Below, piece by piece: positions 24,047-36,490 of a stretch of 64,000 nucleotides of DNA. The position numbers and the translations under genes were made by a program. Under the pieces are notes generated by a model. That model saw only the letters and a program-made list of their open reading frames with translations, made no database searches and was not told the DNA's origin. The stretch is from Botryllus schlosseri. Its lineage: Eukaryota. The DNA lies in assembly GCA_051294905.1 (NCBI GenBank), contig CM119373.1:4962001-5026000 (forward strand). The letters are read 5' to 3'. The first letter of the stretch is position 1. Every line of letters starts with the position of its first letter.

Positions 24047-24378
24047 TGCGACGGTGTGTCTAGGGCGTATATCAACAGTGCAATTCCACGCTATATGCGC
24101 ACGTGACGTTACTTCCTATTACGATAATATCGAGCATTTATAAACTCGTGCGATAGCAAATTCGAGATGAGACTTCATGCTAACCTACTGAATTACGTAG
24201 AAGAATAAACTGTGTTTTGAACATATATCCGTCTGAAGAGTTCACGATAGCAACGGTTCGAAGAGGACATTCTCTCAGAGTTAAGTACCAGACAGTTACA
24301 GCCTACGCAAGGACAAACTACTCGTCTGAGTTCTAATTACAGAGACATAATTACCTCACAATTTAACCGGTTGTTACA
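24047..24378 (+). repeat. 3' LTR
   Basis: Identical to the 5' LTR. Preceded by purine tract AAAATGGAGACAG and followed by TSD CTGG. Confidence 0.95.
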
Positions 24379-26330
24379 CTGGACATCCATTAGTTGCTAG
24401 TTTCTCCCATAACTGTAACAACAAGATTTAGTTGCATGAACGGAGCTTCCATAGTTAATTAGCTCGTACTTCTTGCAGTCTCAACAGACGCCAGACGGTA
24501 CGTCATTTGGTACGTCATTTGCCAAAGGTCTTTATCACGAAGCTTGGTGAAAATATCCGAATCTACGTCATTCTTTGAGATATGAAATAATTTTGAACAT
24601 AACATTAATTGACAGAGCTTGCATGTACAAATCAGACTTGACGTTTCAGCAAATGTTTTGTAAGCCGATATGAACTCCCAACAAAGGGGCACAACCAATA
24701 ACAAGACTGTCCGTTAGACATTTATCAAAAGTACACGCTAATAATAACCTAAGCTGCATAGTAACCATTCTAATAGATCACAATTGGCACCAGCATTCAA
24801 CCAACTCCAGACAAGATGAACTGAATATAACTGCACAAGCTGTCTCGATTAGCTAGTTAACAGGGCACATTGCTGAAGCTATATTACTTATATACTTACC
24901 TTCCAATTTCTGGATGTGCTGCCATGCAATACCGTTACTCGCCAAGAAAGCTTCAAAATCCGCATGCTGATTCCCTGTTATCGCGATCACACCACATCGC
25001 AAAAGAGCGAGAAACGGCCGAAAAAAGAGGAAGTTTAAGAATAGCACTAAAGGTCAATCCCGGTCGTGGCGCTTTAGCACGATATTGTGCTGCCACAAGC
25101 GGCCGATTTGGCGATTGCGCTTTATCTCGTTTACAGTGTAATATCAACACATTCACTGCTCAGCATTAACATTGTAATTGAGAAACAAAATTAAAATCCG
25201 CTGGAGAAAATGGCTAAATTTTTCACTCGGCCCGCCAACGTAAGTTCTATTTCGCGTTTGGCCCGTGGAGGAAAATAATTGCCCACCCCTGTGTTAGACA
25301 ATGCCGTCTCACATCCGCGTGCGGCGTTTCTTTTAGTTCATTATACGACTATGACCTGGAATGCGGCCGTAGGCTACATGAATAATCGAAATGCGGCCGT
25401 AAATAGCAAAAAGGTTGGCCACCCCTGGGATATAGTGATACAATGCACCTAGGATATACATGTAGAATCGGACGAGATAGCGGGTAGTTCGAAAGTTATT
25501 ACTAGGAATAATGTTGTGTTTACTAAAAAAAGGTCATTTTTCTAACTCGACTCCCGGAAGATCCACTCTAACATAATACTGTTGTGTTGGCTAACGCTGT
25601 AACGTAATTTTTTAGTCATCGTTGCCCTCACTGCCGTCGAAATCCAGATTTCGCGACATGTATTGCATTTTCAGTTCTGCATGTACAATAGGGCTGTTCA
25701 AAAATAACTTTTTTGCGGATTCCAGCCATTCACTGATTAAATTGTTAGGTTACCCTAAAAAAACGCTGCACATCAAATTTGGTTCAATTCTAACCAGTAT
25801 GGGACTCCGCAGATCCAATTGAAAATTTTGATTTATTAGGGATAATTATTTCTCAAAAATTTTCAAATTTTTCTGCCAACCCCATGAAATTGTTGAGCTG
25901 TCTTCAAAGACGATGCAAAACAAATTTGACTCAATTCCAACCAGTAGAGACGGACTTATTTCAGTTTATTGTTGATAATCCGCGGATTGGGTGGAGATCA
26001 GGAGCCTAGATAAACCTCCAACACATGCATTTATATCATGCTTCAGGCATATCAAGTACTATCAAAGCGGTGTCCTCATTTCACTGTTTCTCACAGCGGT
26101 TCCGTAACAAATTGTAAGATACATTCTGAGGTATTGAAAATGTAACGATTAAGCATCTCTTATCCCATCCAGAATGTGCTGATCATTACAATGACAGTCA
26201 ATTTTCTATACTTGCTCGTGGCCGTTCCCTTTTTCATTTAAAGGTCCTGGAATCTACGATCATAAAGCTACGAAAGTCGATTCTCTGTCGCCAGAAGGAA
26301 CGCCTCTACACTCTTAGAATATTTCATTAA

Positions 26331-29300
26331 CTCTTTCAGACCCGACCCACTCAATAGAGTGGGTGATTGTCTTCCGGGAATTCCCGCACCCACTCAATAG
26401 AGTGGGTGACATGAAGATCACGATTAGGACGACCGCCGATCGTGGCTTAGGTGTGAAACATCCTCAAACACTTTCTCAAACAATCTCTTCAATGATTTTA
26501 TTGAAACCTACGATAATATAACTATCACGGGGTATATATCAAATAAATACAACATAGAAAGGTCGCCGATAGGTGTCAATCATGCTAAAATATCGATCTA
26601 ATTGTTACCGCAAAATGAATAATTTGCTTTCATTGATGAACTAATAATGTCGACATGCCACGACTTTTCCAACCTTGGGTTAAATCATTTGACCGATAAA
26701 GATGGAGGAGGAATGGATGAAAGATCACTTTAGTAGTGGAAGTGAAGAGGTCCTAACTGACGACTCGAGCTCCAGTGACGAGGAGATAGAGGCGATATCT
26801 CTGATCAAGCACGCGAGGCCATCAGGTGCAGGTGCTTCGGCGATCTCGCCGTTGCAGGCTGACGATTATGGTAGTGGACTATCCCCACCTGCTGCGAAGA
26901 GACGAGGAAGGCCTGCGATCTTGCGAACCGGCACAAGAGGTAGACCCAGGCAGCTTGCCCGCGTTGCGTCACCAGCCACTCTCCCAGGGTGTGAGTACAG
27001 GCATGCTATCTCAGGGCCTCATTCTGATCAATCGTTTGCCGACCCTGTAGTGCCACCGCGTACTGCGGAATACTGCTCCCTCGACTACCAGCAAGCTACG
27101 ACCTCTATGTTACAATCAAATCAATGGTCTGATGATCCTGCCGCAAAACCTCAAACAGTACCATTTACTGGTGTTCCAGGCTGCCGCCTGGATAACCTAT
27201 ATCTATCACCGGCTGTAGTCTTTGATGAACTGCTGCCGGAAGAATTCTTCAGTCATATGTGCGAACAAACCAATATTTACGCAGAGCAAGAAATAAAAAA
27301 GAAAGGTGCCACACTTAAACCAAATAGCTATGCCTCAATCTGGCGACCCACAACCGTCATAGAAATCAAGAAATTTTTTGGTTTGGTATTGGCCATGGGC
27401 ATAGATGTAAAACCTCAAATTCGGCAGTACTGGTCCAATCAAATTATACATAAAAATGAATTTTTCCCAGCTGTCATGTCTAGAAACAGATTTTGCGCCA
27501 TCATGTCTTTCTTGCACTGCAATGACAATACTAATTATGTCCCCAGTGGCAATGACGGGCATGACCCTTTATTCAAACTGAGGCCAATGATAACACATCT
27601 TGAAATATTCAAAACAAAATTCGTCCCAAGGAAAGAGCTCAGTTTGGATGAAGGGACATGCCCTTTCAAAGGTCGAGTGGTTTTCAAGGTCTATAACCCT
27701 CTAAAGCCAAAAAAATGGGGCATGAAGCTATTCCAGTTGTGCGAGTCTCGAAGCGGATATTGTTTAAAGTTTGAAGTAGCAACTGGCAAATTATCGAACG
27801 ATTGTGGCCCAGGGAAAACCGCTCAACTTGTCCTCGATATGGTTGACGAATATTCCGGAGAAGGTTACGAGCTGTATACCGATCGGTATTATACCAGCGT
27901 GCCACTGTACGACGAATTGCACAAGCGTGGCATTATCGGCGTTGGAACTTGTCGAAGCGACAGACGAGGACTCCCACCTACAATAAAGGAGAAGCTGGTG
28001 AATAAAGGCGAGACAACAAGTGCTAGACGTGGCCACCTACTAGCCATGAAATGGAAAGATAAAAAAGAAGTGCTGCTCTTGTCGGCCAAACATAATAACG
28101 ACATGATACAGGTTAAAATAAGAAGTGCAGGAGGTGCTAAAGAAAAATTGAAGCCCAAATGTGTGGACGATTACAATCAGCACATGAACGGAGTCGATCG
28201 TTCGGATCAAAGGATGTCGTATTACAGCTTTGAGCGCCGGTGTAAAAAATGGTGGAAGAAACTTTTTTTTCACCTCTTCAGCTTAGCAACAACCAACGCA
28301 TATATTTTATACTCAGAATCTGCAGAGGATGATGAAATGTTGAGCAAGATTACCCATTTGAGGTTTCTCGAGCTCATTGTTGAGCACTTGACCACACAAG
28401 AAAGTAGGCAGCAACATGACATACCTGTAAGCCGATCCAGTGCTAGCCGATCCAGCTTAGTCAGGTTGAGAGCCAGGCATTTTGTACAGCAGACTCCACC
28501 AGGTGCCAACAGACCGCATCTGCAGAAAGAGTGCCATGTCTGCTACCACAGAGAGCGTGCTAGACAGTTGCGTGGAGTAGCATCTGCAGCAAAGAAAATT
28601 AGAGCTAGTAAAACATGTTATATGTGTGTGGAATGCGGTGTGGCTTTACATGCTCACCCGTGCTTCGAAATATATCATACGGTAGAAGATTACGCCAGCT
28701 AGAAGACAGATTCAGATTGCCTTCATTCAATGAGTCTTCAATTTTTCGTTCTTTTGTTCATTGATTTCACGATGCTTGAAAATAAATATCATCATCAGTT
28801 GCGTTGCCTATATATAGTCTGGATTATTCATCACAATTTTACTGATATTGACATTATTAGATTTATCTAGTAACTACCAGTAATGGTTAGATTGCTACGC
28901 ACATTCAAAATGATGAGCATACGATACAATATACTATACTGACAATGACATCCACGCCATTAAACTGTCAAGTCAAGCATACTTTCTTACCAAATTGAGA
29001 AGTACTCCCTATGATCACAATAATAAGTTACGCCATGGTTACGCTTAGGCTGGGTCGTGCAATGTCGTAAGACTAGTGTTCGGATTTAGGGTGAGGTTAG
29101 GGCTGGGGTTACCTGATTGGTGATCAGATCACCATGTTGTTGTGGTTGAGAACGCACACTAGACTATGTAGGCCTATTTATGATAGAACATAGCTACAGT
29201 ATCTGCTCTAAGCTTTTTTTTCTGTAAACGAAATCCAAATGAAGACACACACTTTCTATGATGCACTCTAGCGCGCTTCCTGCACCTATGTTACTTCTGA

Positions 29301-29697
29301 GTTACTGAACGAATTGGACTGGATTGGCAGCTGCTGTTATTTTTTCCGGAATATTTACATGATTCCAAGCAGTACTGAATAACTTATTTCGATAGATTTA
29401 ATCTACAACCATGTAAATAAATTAGCCGAAAGTGCGTACTTACCGCAAATTATCCGGGGAATATTCACTCGCCGCAATTCCACCTACACAAAACATCACC
29501 ACACCGTCACATCCAGTTTTCCAAATGATTACTAAATGATACAGTGTGATGCGTCTTGATGTTCTCTAAATAGTGATGGGTCACACGCATTGAATAACCG
29601 AAAACTCGCGACGCTATGGATCTTGGAATATACGCAATAAAATGCAATTTTCCGGGAATTCAGGATGTTCTGAGACAATTGCCTGGGATTCAAAGAG
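26331..29697 (+). mobile_element. piggyBac DNA transposon, apparently full length
   Basis: TTAA TSDs at 26327-26330 and 29698-29701. Imperfect TIRs CTCTTTCAGACCC / CTCTTTGAATCCC. Intact transposase ORF. Confidence 0.9.
26702..28702 (+). CDS. piggyBac transposase (PGBD4-like), 666 aa
   Basis: Catalytic motifs SLDEG, YTDRYY and YN..MNGVDRSDQ, plus KPKKWGMK and a C-terminal Cys-rich domain (CHVC..CVEC..H..CF..YH). Confidence 0.95.
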   Translation: MEEEWMKDHFSSGSEEVLTDDSSSSDEEIEAISLIKHARPSGAGASAISPLQADDYGSGLSPPAAKRRGRPAILRTGTRGRPRQLARVASPATLPGCEYRHAISGPHSDQSFADPVVPPRTAEYCSLDYQQATTSMLQSNQWSDDPAAKPQTVPFTGVPGCRLDNLYLSPAVVFDELLPEEFFSHMCEQTNIYAEQEIKKKGATLKPNSYASIWRPTTVIEIKKFFGLVLAMGIDVKPQIRQYWSNQIIHKNEFFPAVMSRNRFCAIMSFLHCNDNTNYVPSGNDGHDPLFKLRPMITHLEIFKTKFVPRKELSLDEGTCPFKGRVVFKVYNPLKPKKWGMKLFQLCESRSGYCLKFEVATGKLSNDCGPGKTAQLVLDMVDEYSGEGYELYTDRYYTSVPLYDELHKRGIIGVGTCRSDRRGLPPTIKEKLVNKGETTSARRGHLLAMKWKDKKEVLLLSAKHNNDMIQVKIRSAGGAKEKLKPKCVDDYNQHMNGVDRSDQRMSYYSFERRCKKWWKKLFFHLFSLATTNAYILYSESAEDDEMLSKITHLRFLELIVEHLTTQESRQQHDIPVSRSSASRSSLVRLRARHFVQQTPPGANRPHLQKECHVCYHRERARQLRGVASAAKKIRASKTCYMCVECGVALHAHPCFEIYHTVEDYAS

Positions 29698-30398
29698 TTA
29701 ATGTTATGTACTGTGTTTTCGGTTATTTATAACCGAATATGGGCTCGTTAACGTTGGTTTTGTACCGTTACTACCGTGTCTTGCCCGTCTACTAGTTGTT
29801 TGTTTTTGTTATTATCACGTCATACAGACAAAATAGTTCTTACATTTCGAATTTGATCCACCCTATCACTGACGTTCGCTACTGATGAGAGTCAGTCGAA
29901 AAGCTTTTAGCGAATAAATTAACAATATGAAGTTATTGTTTCGCGTTATTCTGAAGTTATGTACCACAAATCAATTAAGACACTGTACTCGGAATTCAGC
30001 ATGATTCGTCCGCATAAAATCACTATCATACGTCATTGCTGCCAGATTAGCATTTGACGTAGAGTTTTCAACTTCGTCGGTGACTATCACGTCTGAGTCG
30101 CCGGTAAAGTCTTACGCGTTCAGTGCATTGCTCCGTTCACAAAATAGTAGAGCGACTCTTTTATATTGACGCGGTGTGGATGCGTTCGCGCATGCAGCCC
30201 AAGGAGTCTTGGATATGATGTTTCGAGCCACAATTTCACCCTGCAATTAGATATTAAGGCAGGCAATATTTATAAATCGACAGAATAGAGAACGTGACGG
30301 ATTCAAGCATTCAATTACAGCAGTCATGACATCGTTTGTGGGATTGTTATTATAAACACACGATTTGTAAATAACCAACTGATTCAAGTATGATATAC

Positions 30399-30977
30399 CA
30401 GGGGTGGGCAGACCTGCGTCATGCGCGAGCCGCATATCAAAGATATTAGCTTTAAAAGAGCCACAACACAAAATACGAATTTAGGACGTCACAATGAAAT
30501 GTAGGCTATCGAGTGAAGTTTATTATATCGTGGTGATGGTGATACGATGCGTATCCACCCGGTGTTTGAAATCAGACTGATATGACGAAGGAACTGCTCC
30601 GTACTGCTTACACGTCATATCAGCCTGATTTCACTATAATGATCGGGACCTGCGCTGACGCAATTAATTAGAAAAGACATTGTTGAAATCATTGATTGAT
30701 GACCAGGCATCCACTGTTGCGGGCGAAACGTATATGTGAACTCGATTCGAGTGTTCAATTGCAAATTTCTAACCCTCTAGTGCCACTTTCCCCTGAATTG
30801 TTGATATCTTGCCTAAACCACAAGGAAAGATACAACACGAAAACAATACGCATATTGATAACACGCGATACATAAATAAATAAATAAATACATCAATTTA
30901 TAATCAGGTTAAACCTATCTAGCAAAATGGCGCAACGCATGTGCAATCATTAAAGAGCTGCAGTTTCCCCACCCCTG
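30399..30977. mobile_element. hAT-type MITE
   Basis: TIR CAGGGGTGGG, perfect TSD TGATATAC. Confidence 0.85.
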
Positions 30978-31050
30978 TGATATACCAACGCATTTCTATT
31001 GTACTTGAATGAACATTGGCGACCTCCGGTTTATGGGATAAATGTATCTA

Positions 31051-33134
31051 CACTGTAAAAAATAAAAACCTCGATTTACCGCGAAATGTTTGGAAGCACG
31101 GTAGCCAGACATTTCGTGGTAATCTAACATTACCGTTAGTCAATGCAAATTCAACTTACATTCGTCCGGTAATTTCACTGTACACGCCAGACTGTAATGT
31201 TACAGTCCCCTCCGGTATATCCAATCTACATGTTATCCTGTACATTTGAGACCGAGACCGCCTACCTACCTACATGCTGTCCCTGTAAATCAGCTTGTAA
31301 ATTCACGTACATCCATACCTATCGCAAAGCAACCCGATGCTAAAATATCGCAAAATTTTCTCAACACTCCCAAAACGACATTGGAACAAACTGTATATTG
31401 ATTCATGATATCACGATGAAGTGGTAATCGATGGAAAAGTATTGCTGCTGGAGGTCTAATTCTTCTTTAGGAGACATGTAGTAACACGAGTGGTCGCAAG
31501 AAAAGGTGAATTAATTCCACCACCGGCGAAACTTCCAATTGTTTCTTTTTCTCTTCCTCATTCCTTCTGTGTAACTAGTATCTTGCAGTTCCACTAAAAA
31601 TAATTCATGAGTAAGTCGCTATATAAAGCAAAGTTCCTAACCTAGACAAGACATTATAATGACTACTAAGACAAACAGGCTAACAAAAATATACGGTAAC
31701 ATGTTTTGAAGTACCGGTACTGGTACATTGTGTGATGAATGCTCCGCCTTGTACATGATATAGCAGAGATTTATGACTTACTTTATCTAATGTATTGAAG
31801 CAAAAGGTTCCTCACCAATTCCACTCTGGATTTGAGGTGGCATGTGTGCCAAACAAATCCAGCAGTGGATGGAAACATCTCTATGCTATGGCCCGAAACT
31901 GACATAAACAAGCCAACAGTTTCAACTCCTCCGCGACGGAGTATGAGGTGTCACAGGTCACTATATAAATCGACTAATACCCCAAAATATAACAGAGAAT
32001 GCGGAGAATGAAATATTTCAATCATGAAATCAAAGTGGTGTGCACATTGCGCAGTCGCAGATATTCACGGTAACAAATACCATGTAGTACTGTACCTTTT
32101 ACGATGCGTATCCCATTCAGCGTTCCTAGGAATCTTCCACGATCGTGTCCACTTTCTTCAAGCACAACACGCTTCGCTCCACCCTTTGCTCGAATCTCAA
32201 TAATGGCCAGACAACGATACGACACTCGAACGATTTCGAAATTAGTCGTATTCATCCGCTGACATGCCACCAATAATATTTGCTGGCTACGTTATAATGT
32301 TTGACTTATCTTATTTCTCTTTCATACAGAAACAATAATCATTACATATAGTTCCTTTCTTTTCCATCTAATTTCGTATAAATTGATATTTATCCCAAGT
32401 GTTGTTCACTACTTACTGTACTTACTAAACGAGACGCTGCTTGTGATGTCACAGTTGTGCGTTGGCTGTTTACTACGAATCTCAGAAAACCAGTAACGCG
32501 TAACGGTAACCTATTGTAACCTATTACAGGTCGCCTTGTCCGCCATTAGCAAATGGTCAACTGAGCATGCGTTGCTGATATTTCTAGTTTCCCGAACAAT
32601 ATTATCCATCCTAAACTGATTTTCTAACTTACCATCCCTATCCGTAACAACGAATGTAACCAGCGAGAACGGCCGTATACCCATATAGCCTTATAATATT
32701 ATATAATGGCTATGGTGTAGCCACATTAGCTACGATTGTTAGTTGTTTCTTGTACCCTACTATGTACTATACTGAAATTGGTACTTATAGGGCCAACAAT
32801 TTCCGTACGACAGACCCCAGTTTCGCGAACGAGGTTGAATCAAGTCAAATCACCACGAGAATGATATATCAGTAACATTCATTTCCACGTATATATTGGT
32901 TGCAGCGATTATGAAGCTAATCAATCTTCCCAATAGCCTGGTAAACTGCAGTTACGAGTAACTGTCAGTAATTTTGCGAAGAAATTCGGGTAACTTGACT
33001 TCACAGCTAAACTAAGGTAATATTACATATCAAAATGTAAAATTACAAGCTACGCACAGTTATTGGCTGCGACCGGTAATTCGTTGTAAAATTTACAGAG
33101 ATTTCCCAGTAAATCTACCAGATTTTTTACAGTG
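31051..33134. mobile_element. Non-autonomous CACTA/EnSpm-like element
   Basis: TIR CACTGTAAAAAAT / ATTTTTTACAGTG flanked by TA on both sides. No long ORF. Confidence 0.65.
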
Positions 33135-34402
33135 TAGGGATTAGAGTTGTTAGAGTTACTTGCCAGAGCATATTCATTAGCGATTATCATGTTGTGAGCT
33201 CATGCTTCAAAGAATTATGAGGACTGTTTTAGAAAATATCTTTTCGTTGAAGACAAAGGTACCCGAAATAGGAGAAGTACTCGGCATTTGTATTAACCCT
33301 TTTGAACGGGAGGTATCATATCTGATACGGCATGTCTCTGTGACCAGGGCCGTAACTGCCGCACCCCAAACCCCCAATTGAGGGGGGCGAGCTCGAAGGG
33401 GGCCCAAAATTATTTCGTGAATTAGCATAAATTATATAGAGTATTTTTCAAAAAATTTTGCAACTTTTTTGAGAATTTTTCGCGCCTTGCACGATTTCAA
33501 GTCGCCAAATATCTTGATTATTGGGTACTGTTTCCCCAAGAAATAATACGCAAGATTTATAGAAATGGACATATCGGCGTTAGCCATTACCGCGGCACGA
33601 CGCAAAAAGGTATATGACGTTTTAAGCCAGTGGTCCTCAACCTTTTTGTCTTCGCGAACCCCTTTTCGACCGCCACGGACCCCGCGGACCCCCTCAAGTT
33701 TTCGTTAAAAATTAGCTCAATTATCGTGCAACCGTCATCTGTCTCGCGCATATATTGATTGTAGGCTAGTGATAAACAGTCACAAAATCACTTTTCTTGA
33801 AAATAACATCACACTATATGTAAAAATTGGGTAGACTTTTATTATATGGCACATACGACGAAAGCTCAGCATTTTATCCTGATTGGTACGCAACCTCTTG
33901 TCGCCTTCTACGCACTCGCATAACAAAATACAGTGATTAAGTCTCCTCACTTCCCGATAACGCAACGAAAATGTGAGGCTGAAATGACTAATTCTTTATT
34001 TCAAACCAATTCTATACGTTTTATACCTTGAATGTGCAGTCCATGAACAACATAAAATCACTGAAATTTCAGCCGCTACTCTATAAGTCTGAGGTGAAGG
34101 TAGCCTACTTAGTAGTCATCAACAATATTCTGGGTTGTGGAATATATCAGTGTTATTCCATATCAAACAACACAGGAATTGGAAATTGGAATATGGAAAA
34201 TTGTCAACAACAACAAATTTCTGGCTGTCAAGCAACGAATCAGGATTTTTGAGTAAAAAGTGAACATTAGGTCACATTCCTACTATTATCAGAAATTCCG
34301 AATTTTGTATATTGAGAATTCGCCTCTTATCGGTTAATTTGAGTATATTAGTTCATTTAGAATTTAACGTTCACATATCAATAAGAAACCGACTCACTAG
34401 GG

Positions 34403-34700
34403 TAGTGTTTCTCAAACTTTGTTAGACACGCCCCCCTTTATGATAGTGAAAAATTTCGCGCCCCCCTTATCGTCAAATCATAAAATGCAACCAGAATGCT
34501 GGCAATTCCAGCGGATAATTTGATGGCATCGAAGGTATTGAACGTTGATGAGATAATATTCAAATATGAAATTCGGGCTATTGACAGAGTAATAACCATG
34601 AAATGGAGGTAAATCGCGCGGAGTGCGAAAAAATAAATCATTCGACCGCAGCTTGGCGCCCCCTTCAGATTCTCTCACGCCCCCAGTTTGAGAACCACTG
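34403..34700. mobile_element. hAT-type MITE (sister copy at 63235-63543)
   Basis: TIR resembling CAGTGGTTCTCAAACT, TSD cactaggg/cattaggg. Internal similarity to 63235-63543. Confidence 0.75.
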
Positions 34701-36490
34701 CATTAGGGGTACGCCGATTATATTGTGGTTAAGGCATTTAGAATCATCAAGGTCGGAGAAAACGTGGTGATCGATATATCGATATATCGTTGGTTTGACG
34801 TACAGCGACCGCCAATCCACAGAATATTATCATGGTTTTTGACGACAATGCGCTATGAAATATCTTGGTAATAGAGGTATCCAACATCATCCCAACGCCA
34901 ACTGTGTAGAGACATAGAAATTGATCACAAGGTGATGACGCAACATATAAATTCCTACATAATTGATAATACATGGAGATTCATACTCCAATATAGAAAC
35001 ATTCATGTTCAACAAAAGTTTTCCGTTATTTCCTTATTTCTTATTGTATTTCGTTTGTATGGTAAGACACTACACACGATGCCTCTACGATAATTAACAT
35101 ATTTTTTTCATTTTTCCATGTTTTGTATATTTTTATATTTTTTATTATATTCAATTATTTGAAAGCTTTCAATTCACCTGATCACCAACGCATATTGAGA
35201 TTTTGTTAGGTGTGTCCATATAAATGTATTCTACAGCCATCAAGTTTGTATGAAATGTATATTGATCTTGATATATTAACATCGGAAAAATGCATGATAG
35301 CGTATGTATCAGCCGAGCGATAATATTGATCTGAGTTGGACAGCGATTATTAATTCGTCTGATAATTTCAAGCATCATAATTCACGACATTTTCCACCTC
35401 ATGTTTTAGAAACAGAATCATGGTTGCTGCAACGAAATATGCAATACGACAAAAGCTCATCATATATGACAATGATCTCCATTTTGAAATTCCGATGTTC
35501 CATTCAAACTTGCGTATCAATTATTGGAATAGCAAAAAATCCTACATGTTGACGGCTTCAACTGTATAATGTAGTGAAAAAACGTTTTTCGTTTAAATCC
35601 ATTAAATGAGTAATTGACGCCGTAAAAGATTCATCAGAGGAAAAAGGTAACATCGAAGCGACGTTATCGATATGATAATTGTTTTCGTCGAGTTGTGAAA
35701 CTTTGCACAGCTCCTGATACATAATTGTAAAATGCACAACAGGACTAGCATTATAAAACTGATCACGTGTTTATATTATCAATCGAGCGCCAAATCATCA
35801 GCTCCGAAATGTAACCTGGTCATTCTACTCGCAATATGTCAATATTTTCATGACAACTTGTTTGCTCTTGTACGCAATCAACCTTGTTGCACCTTTTGCC
35901 TTTTCCGAATCTCTCTGAAAACAAGTGACTCCGAATGAATAAATATCCTCAATAATCGAACACGTCTGTAACCCATTAGGACCAGTTATAGTACCTAGGT
36001 GGTGGTGACAATGATGGTATTGGTATGCTTCCTATAACCGACAATTTGTTTGCTGGTTCAAGTCTGCTTGAGAAAGACCACTGAATCCCTACTAGGATGT
36101 AGTCAGTTTTTCTAACTTGTGATAGCCACTGTAGCCGCCTGTTATACCTGCCTTATAAAATCCAATAAAAAAGGAGGCTTTACGATAAGATGTGTTCACA
36201 AATATCATGATCGGATCGGGCGAAACAACTAAGATCTCGAAACCCCATGAATAGAACAGGAACAACAGCAATCAGATCTAATCATCAAATTGCATCTAGT
36301 TGTTACACTATTTTTGATTTTACGTTGTTACAGGCGATGCGTACGAAAATTTGTAAGTTGTCACTTCCGATTAACTAATAAAGTTCCTGTATTTATATTT
36401 TAAATTGGTATAATTCAGTACTTTTCAAACCTTATTTACCATAGGAATATACTTGTACCCGAGTAAAAAATAGACGGAGTCACTCTAACT

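Larger units (their letters stand above)
18567..24378 (+). mobile_element. Non-autonomous Ty3/Gypsy-like LTR element encoding Gag and a gB-like envelope protein but no RT/RNase H/integrase core
   Basis: Two 332-bp TG..CA LTRs, 4-bp TSD CTGG (18563-18566, 24379-24382), TGG-initiated PBS at 18899, purine tract at 24034-24046, four internal ORFs. Confidence 0.95.
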
